Program-made: the position numbers and the translations under genes
Shown here: positions 57,401 through 64,000 of the stretch, in pieces
Numbering within the stretch: position 1 is the first letter of the stretch
Layout: each line of letters opens with the position of its first letter
Origin: Anthoceros angustus
Lineage: Eukaryota; Plantae; Anthocerotophyta
NCBI GenBank assembly: GCA_010909165.1
Contig: MU008157.1
Location: forward strand, 496,001-560,000
DNA: 64,000 bases
Direction of reading: 5' to 3'
Notes under the pieces: generated by a model
What the model was told of the DNA's origin: nothing
The model's database searches: none
The model's input: the letters and a program-made list of their open reading frames with translations, nothing else

Positions 57401-60400
57401 GGGAGAAAGACAGCACGCCCTTCCCTAGACAAACTATCCAGCATGATTCCGTGCTCCAAGAAATTTCATACCTCACCATTCAATAACATGGACATGGGAG
57501 TCCTTCACGTTCTAACCTCCTCTTCCCATGCACTTTTCGCCACTTCCCCGCCAGCCCAACGACGGACAGGGACTGGGCCGCAGCCCCATGTACATTATGA
57601 CCCGTGGACGTGCCTCCTCGCGATCGGCCAGTATCCACGCCCGCCAACTTGCTCTTCTTGCGGTCCCGCCATGATAACCTTAGGCTCCTGGCCCGAGCTA
57701 GCTCGGCCTCCACGACAATACTCTCGACATGCCGTACCTCCACAAAAGTGGCTTCCTTGGCCGCCCATGAATTCGCCAATTCCTTTTCTGCAGCTTTTCG
57801 CAAGCTCTTGGATCGCAGCTTCACCGCTCCTTTCCATGCACACCATCCTCGAGCCCTACTCCGAGGCTCCATCATACGCGCTTCCCACACACGCCATGTG
57901 TGGGAGTCCCTCCGCGATTTCTCCGCTTTCTCTCCCTTTGCCAACCGTGGCCTCCACTTGCAGCCCTCTTGTTGCTCACCCTTTCTCCTCGCTCGAATCC
58001 CCAATTCATTAGGTTGCGTGATCTCGCACAAAACTCCCTTCACGGATCCTTGGCTTTCTAACGGCATCAAGACTTGCTCTTGACCTCTAGGCCAGCCACG
58101 CCTTGTTTGTTTCCATCTAGCTTGTTCACCATGGATGTTGGTGTGGCCACAACCCCGCCTTCAACTCGGCTCACAAAACTAGCTTCTCCCGCACGTTGAT
58201 GCTGCAGTATCCGCGTCGCAGTCGTCGTGGACTGCATCATCGCTGGTACACCATCTCCCGACCTTCTAGACTCATGTCTAGCCCTAGATCGCGCCTAGCA
58301 GCAATCTCCTTATGTTGCTGCAATTCCACAATCGACCGTGAATTGGTCGACGCTCCTTCTTGCAATTCCTCTGCAAGCATATCTTGAGGTGTGATTTCTC
58401 CACAATCCTCCTTCATACACATCACCATAGAGCCATCCTCACTTCTGGGCTCTAGCGCACACACCTTCTCAACACACCATTCTTGTGTGCCACCTCTCCT
58501 TCCTCCAAATTGCGATTTCTTCGCAATCTCTTCATCGCTCTTTTCCACCATCGTGGCCTCCACTTGCAGCCCTCCTGACTGCTCACCCTTAAAGAGCACT
58601 CCTCATTCTCGTTGTAGACATTTTGCCACTTCTTTGCTTCATCTCGAACTCTTAGATTGACCTCCTGCAGCCAATCCTGCACAAAACCCCTTCCACAGAC
58701 ACTTGGCCCTTCTGCTTGCAACACCTCTTGCTGCACAACCTCAATCACACCTGTACTTTGCCCACGTTCCTCTCCTTCCAACCGTGCTACTGCTACCAAC
58801 TCCTCATCAGGAAATTGGTCATCAGCAACCACAATCCGCTCACCAGCTTTCAGTCGAAAAATAAAACCTGCATTAAACTCTTCCTACACTTCTACACTTA
58901 GAAATCTTTGCTACCTTACCAGATTCCAGCTCTAAGTTTTCTATGGCACATGGATCTACATGCATTCCCTTGAACTCCTTCCTACACTGTTTCCCGAACC
59001 TTTATCAAGAAAGGTCATATCATGGGCCTTGCTTTTGCGGTATATTACATCCTTCCTGGGCAGTGGTGGTACTCTTTTCCTCTATAATCATACAAAGACT
59101 CCTCCTCTTCCTTCGCAGAGTTCTCAACCGACCAACGTGATCTCGCTTTCTCCCCAACTCTCATCACATGGCCGGGGGTGACTAATTCCCACCACCTCTG
59201 CTTTCCTCCTATCATGGTCAAGGGCGTCCACAAAACTGGGCACACCTCCCAACGAATTCCCCGCACACTGGCAAGAACAAATGTTGCCTGCAAGCGGATG
59301 TACTATACATGCACTTGGGCACACAAGCGCCTCGGCCTCCTAACAAGCAAGGTTGAAAGGGCAGCAAGTGGGCAATAATTCGATCAAGACCTCAAATATC
59401 ACCGTTAGATTTCATACCCCAACTTCTCCACCGCCAAATCTCACCCTCTTGCCTTCCTCCTCTAACGACGACAAAATCGAGCTAGAAGAGCTCGACAATC
59501 CACGCCAAAAGTCCTCCTCTTGCGTGAACCAAGATGTACCTTGAAATTAATCACTGCTCGGATTCTTGACCTCACCCTTGATCAAGAACTCGCAACAACC
59601 TCCTTCCTCTCTGTCCGTGAGCACAACCTCCTCGCTCTTAAACAATCGCTTCTTCCTCAACGGAACCCTTGAAAATGTTAGCACATGTAGCTTCCTCCGC
59701 AAGAGTTCTCTCTCCGCTTCTTCCTTTGCACATCAGCAACAACTAATCTTTCACGCATGATTTCTCCATTCAGTTCACAAATCCCTTGCAGACAAAGACG
59801 GGGTGATCTCCTCTCAACTCCTACACGAAAATTACTTCCTCCCTCCCGACTAGACTGCAAGCACGCCACACCCCTCAACACACAACTATCCAAAACAGCA
59901 AATCCTCCTACTCCTGCTCCACTCATGTTGCTTGGTCCAGATGAGCTAGGCGAACTCACACTCTTCCTCTCCTGCAGTAAATTCTCCAACCAAAGTTCTC
60001 TGCAGAAGGGTGTCCCGCATAAAAGATTGGGGACGGTTGTGGGATGGTGTCTCCCTAGGTGTGCGTCCCAAGACGTGAGCTGAGCAAAGGATTCTATCAA
60101 GGCGCCGCAAGATCTTCGCACCACGCTCAAAATTCCCACCGCCACCCCACCTCTTCACTTCTCTCTGCTTCGCTTGGAGTTGAGCTAGATCCACCACTCA
60201 AGGTCCAGCGTTGAGAAGGCCTGTGCTGGTAGCTGAACTTGAATCGTGCTCCAAACGGTGCTTCCTCCTCGCTTTCCTCTTCACACACCAACTCCTCTTC
60301 AACCACCTCCTTTGTTTCGCTGTCGGTGATTTCCACGTCCCCTTCTCCAAAAGCGATTTCCTCCTGATCACTTGGCTCCCCCTTGTAGGTAAGGGCAAAA

Positions 60401-61981
60401 ACGGCCTCCTCCTCGAGCGCCCTTGTCTCCTCCTCCTCCTAAAGACGCCGTGCAAGCACCGCAGCGTTTTCCTCCCTCAATTGATTTCTTCTTGCAACTC
60501 TCAGATCTCTTGCAAGAATCGGTGGGGTGACCTCCATGCCTCCCCCTCCTCGCTAGACATCCGCAAGCATCCTCATAGCCTCCAAAACACGGTTGTTAAA
60601 GAAAAATCAGCCAACCGCCATGTGCCATTCTTGCTGCGAACACACAATCACACCATCTGTGGAGGCGTGGAGCTCCTCCTTCACAACGCAGGTTCCAGGA
60701 CGTGTAGGCTTCTTCCTAGACCCCACTTCACCTCCTTACAAGATCTTCTCACTACACGCAAGCTAGCAACCTAAAATCTCAAAATTTCAACTGCTCAAAG
60801 AACAAGTCCCAACGGCGCCAAAATGTGGGAGGCACATCCCGGGCTTCCGAGATTCACCTCTAGTGGCCACACTTATCCCAATCGCTATACAATAGGTTTT
60901 GTCCCATGAGACTCTTGTTTGTCGTCACCAGATCCAAGGCACAAACCACACTCTTCACACCCCCAAGCTCCCTCACACAACCGAGCAACTCAACTCACTC
61001 CATGACAAAGAACCAAGCCTCACCGTGTTGCTCGTCATCACCACGGACCTGTGACACCCCTACCAGGTCCACACACGGCAGAGGTCAACAGGCACACGTA
61101 GGGACCCCCTACGCTGTAACGCGACTTCACCACCCCGTGATCTTCCACTATTCCTTTCCCATTGCCTTCCCACAATTGGCACATCCTCAACCACCAACTC
61201 CGACAGCGGCCTCCCGTGACCGCCTGGCTGACCGCCTGTGACCTACAACCAACAACCAACAACAAACAATTGTAGGGCCTACCCTCCTACCACTTGTAGG
61301 AGAGTTGTAGATCCAGTAATCGTGGGCCAAGACACCCTCATTCCACGTGGGGAGGAGACATCCTATCCCAACGCACGCAGGGCGATCCTACCACCGGTAG
61401 GGTCGCACCGGGCGGGCAGATAGGTTACCTCGCCCTAGTTCAAGGCCTCCAACTTGTGCCCGCGCCCAACTACAACTTGGTGCGCCCACAAAACTCCACA
61501 CTAGCGGCCACGATACCTCCGCAGACCGCCTCCGCTGGGATCTCCGCCTCGGACCTACAACGACATCCCATGCAGAGGTCCCACCTACGGCAAGAGGTCC
61601 ATCGCCACGCACATAGGGACCCCTCAGCGCGACTTCTCCACCCCGTGATTTTGAGACCTTAGCCTAGCTTCCGCCTCGGTTTGGTGCATTTGGGACCCCT
61701 CCCTTAGGCTCGACTTGGGCCTTCTTCTTACTTCTAATCTCTACCTACTCCTCTACTCAACATTCAGCTCCACATTCTCCTCAACACTCACCTCAACTCA
61801 ACTCCTCATCCTCCTAATCTAACCTTACTTCAAGCTCACTGCCCTAGCTCGCCTTACACAGGCCTGGGTCCGCCTACAAGCCAACAAGTTCTTCCTTGGC
61901 GTTGCTATGAGTTTGCACGACAATGAGAAACCTGTGAGTCTTTCCCTGTAGTCTACCCTCAAGCCGAGAGTTCCTTGGGCA
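48495..61981 (-). mobile_element. Decayed, non-autonomous Ty3/gypsy (Athila/Tat-like) LTR retrotransposon; 5' LTR 60824-61981, 3' LTR 48495-50058
   Basis: Two homologous TG..CA LTRs of about 1.15 kb (the left one has an internal duplication). PBS TGGCGCCGTTGG at 60809-60820. Integrase pieces LYKLG..RRCL..H..GGH (55564-55770) and LVLLYDSR..KLRLRWMGPY..RVNG (55043-55471). Confidence 0.88.
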
Positions 61982-62199
61982 AAACCGGATAGACAAGGAA
62001 GTCCAAAACCGGATAGACAAGGAAGCCATATGGCAGGAATTAGGTGAACTGATGTACGTGAAGGGTTCCAGCACATCAATTCGAGATACAATTCGGGAGG
62101 GTGAGAAACGGCAACCCGTGTTCGTGGGCTATTTCAGAACAACCTGGGGTGCACAACTAGGTTAGTCTATATCTCCAGCCTCATATTCTCCCTTTTCAA

Positions 62200-63130
62200 G
62201 CTTGTGCACATACACATCTTCACAAGGCCTGTTTTGATTGCAGGCATATTCATAAAAAATGCCCGCATGCAGGGCAAAGACTGTGCCTCTACTATGGAGG
62301 CATGACATCGGTTTTTAAAGCAGAAACTTAGTCTTATGAGGGCATCTCTTGTCTGCATTTAGTAGACTCAAGTGCATCAGTTCGAATTGCCTCCCATTAT
62401 TGGTATGTGAACCATTGCAAAGAAGGAGGGTATGTGGTTAACACAGCCAAGGAGAAACTGGTGCACACTGCAATAGATGGGGCAACTCTGATTGAGGGTG
62501 ATAATGTTACTTTGCCTTCCCCACCTTGTACCACAGCTTTATGCAGAAGTTCAACAGATGCCCATGTGACATATACAATTGAGAATACAGATTCCATGTG
62601 GGCTACATGTGAGTGTGCTCAAGGGAGGAAAGGCTTTATTTGTAAACACATCGTAAAAGTGCAGGATATGCTTGGAGTGCTCTCATACACACTCCGGATG
62701 AAACGTTAGTATACAGCAAAGAATGGTCTGGTAATTCAGGAGCCTGTAACGACTCTTGCTTTATGTGATAATAGAGAACAGGTGATGGAAAGCGTTTCGT
62801 GCAACCTACAACCCGCTGTGGAGGGTACTTTATGTAACGAAGGTGGAACAGAAGATCAGATTCGCTTCCTGGAACAAGATTGCAATGCTATTGTGAATTT
62901 GATGCACAAGAATAAGGAAGTCGTGGAGGATGCAGCACTTTTGGTGAAACGTACACTCATGGATGTCCAACGTTTGATTGCATATGAGCAGGAAATGCCT
63001 GCAGCACGGCAACCTCTTCAAGCATTCACCACCAACGAAGGAGACAAACATCGTCAGGACTAAGCCATTCTTCTCACCACCAAAGAAAAAGAAGAAGAGA
63101 GTGACTTGGAAGTTATCAGCAGACAAAGAA
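62200..63130 (+). pseudogene. Decayed SWIM zinc-finger / MULE-transposase-like sequence
   Basis: SWIM motif ATCECAQGRKGFICKHIVKV, upstream PHAGQ and HYWY motifs, in-frame stops. Confidence 0.6.
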
Positions 63131-64000
63131 AACTAGCGTAGGTGTAGGTGCGATGTAGGTCCCAGTAATGTCTCCCTTCAGATGCTGCAATTAATCAAAA
63201 ACTCAGTCTTGGTGATCGTCCTCTCCGCTCGTCTTGGTGATCCTCCTCTACGCTTGCCTCGGCGCCCCTAGCCGCATGCCCGAATGAACGTCGCCGACGA
63301 GTTCGACTTTGTATCAGGCAGTATCGCCACCAGATACGTGACGACGGAACTTGAATTAGTTCCCTTGTGGCCCCCGCTGTCAAGTGGGGCGACACGAGAA
63401 AGAGGGGTAGGGGAGAGGAAGGCCATGCTCATGGCATGGCATGTCGGTTCGCCTGGTATTTAGGCACTCGAGTTCTAGTACAGATTGGTTAGAACTAGGA
63501 ATCCATGATGATAACTACTATATTTTAGCTGGCTCATTATACTCCCTGCTTATTTGTCGCGCACGCTTCTTACCCAGTACCTAGAGTATTATCTACAGCA
63601 TGCAGCACTCTAGTATATCTAAAATGGCAACATGCCCAATTCCAACAAAAATTTTCAACGGAGAAGAACAATTTAGGAGAAAAACATTTTATCGAAACCG
63701 AAGGAGGTTCACGGTACCAGGATCATCGTGTCTCCATCGTGTACCAAGCGCTGCGAATGAAAGCGATTAGATGGGGATGGCCGACCTGTCGTGCAGTGCC
63801 CAGAGTCTGAAACCTGCAACACACAGCAGGAATAGCACGTCCTGGATAAGGATACTCTGCGTACTCTTCATGTTACGGGATTGTCTACATCATGTCAGAG
63901 CTAGTACATCTGCTCTTCATTCTACACAGCCTTCTTCTGTGGTGCTGTCTGCTGTCACCTACGATGATATTAAAGTGGGACCGTACGATTGGAAATATTT

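Overview
Eukaryotic nuclear DNA from a compact, gene-dense land-plant genome. It is most likely a hornwort: introns are about 70-130 bp and the PLS-PPRs carry a PGQSWW box (inference). Host genes are PEX1 (5'-partial, intronless), cytosolic AspRS, a plastid-type P450 plus a P450 fragment, an EXORDIUM/Phi-1 gene with a 1-nt frameshift, two PLS-E+ PPR editing factors, an RPL18a-like membrane protein, a DTW-domain protein, an unusual ClpC derivative and pantothenate synthetase. RNA genes are tRNA-Met(e) and tRNA-Ala. Repeats include a LINE, a partner SINE-like family, decayed RLE-type retroposon fragments, two LTR elements, a MULE/SWIM remnant and minisatellites. Highlights: (1) every copy of a LINE/SINE pair with a shared stem-loop + (CTT)n tail lies in or within about 550 bp of a tRNA gene, and one 39-nt copy sits inside a tRNA-Met intron in a way that appears to keep it spliceable; (2) an intact ClpC paralog has lost its N-domain and its ClpP-docking IGF loop, gained a mitochondrial-like presequence, and sits behind a duplicate of the panC/PPR bidirectional promoter. 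Several indel-rich tandem duplications may be long-read assembly artefacts.
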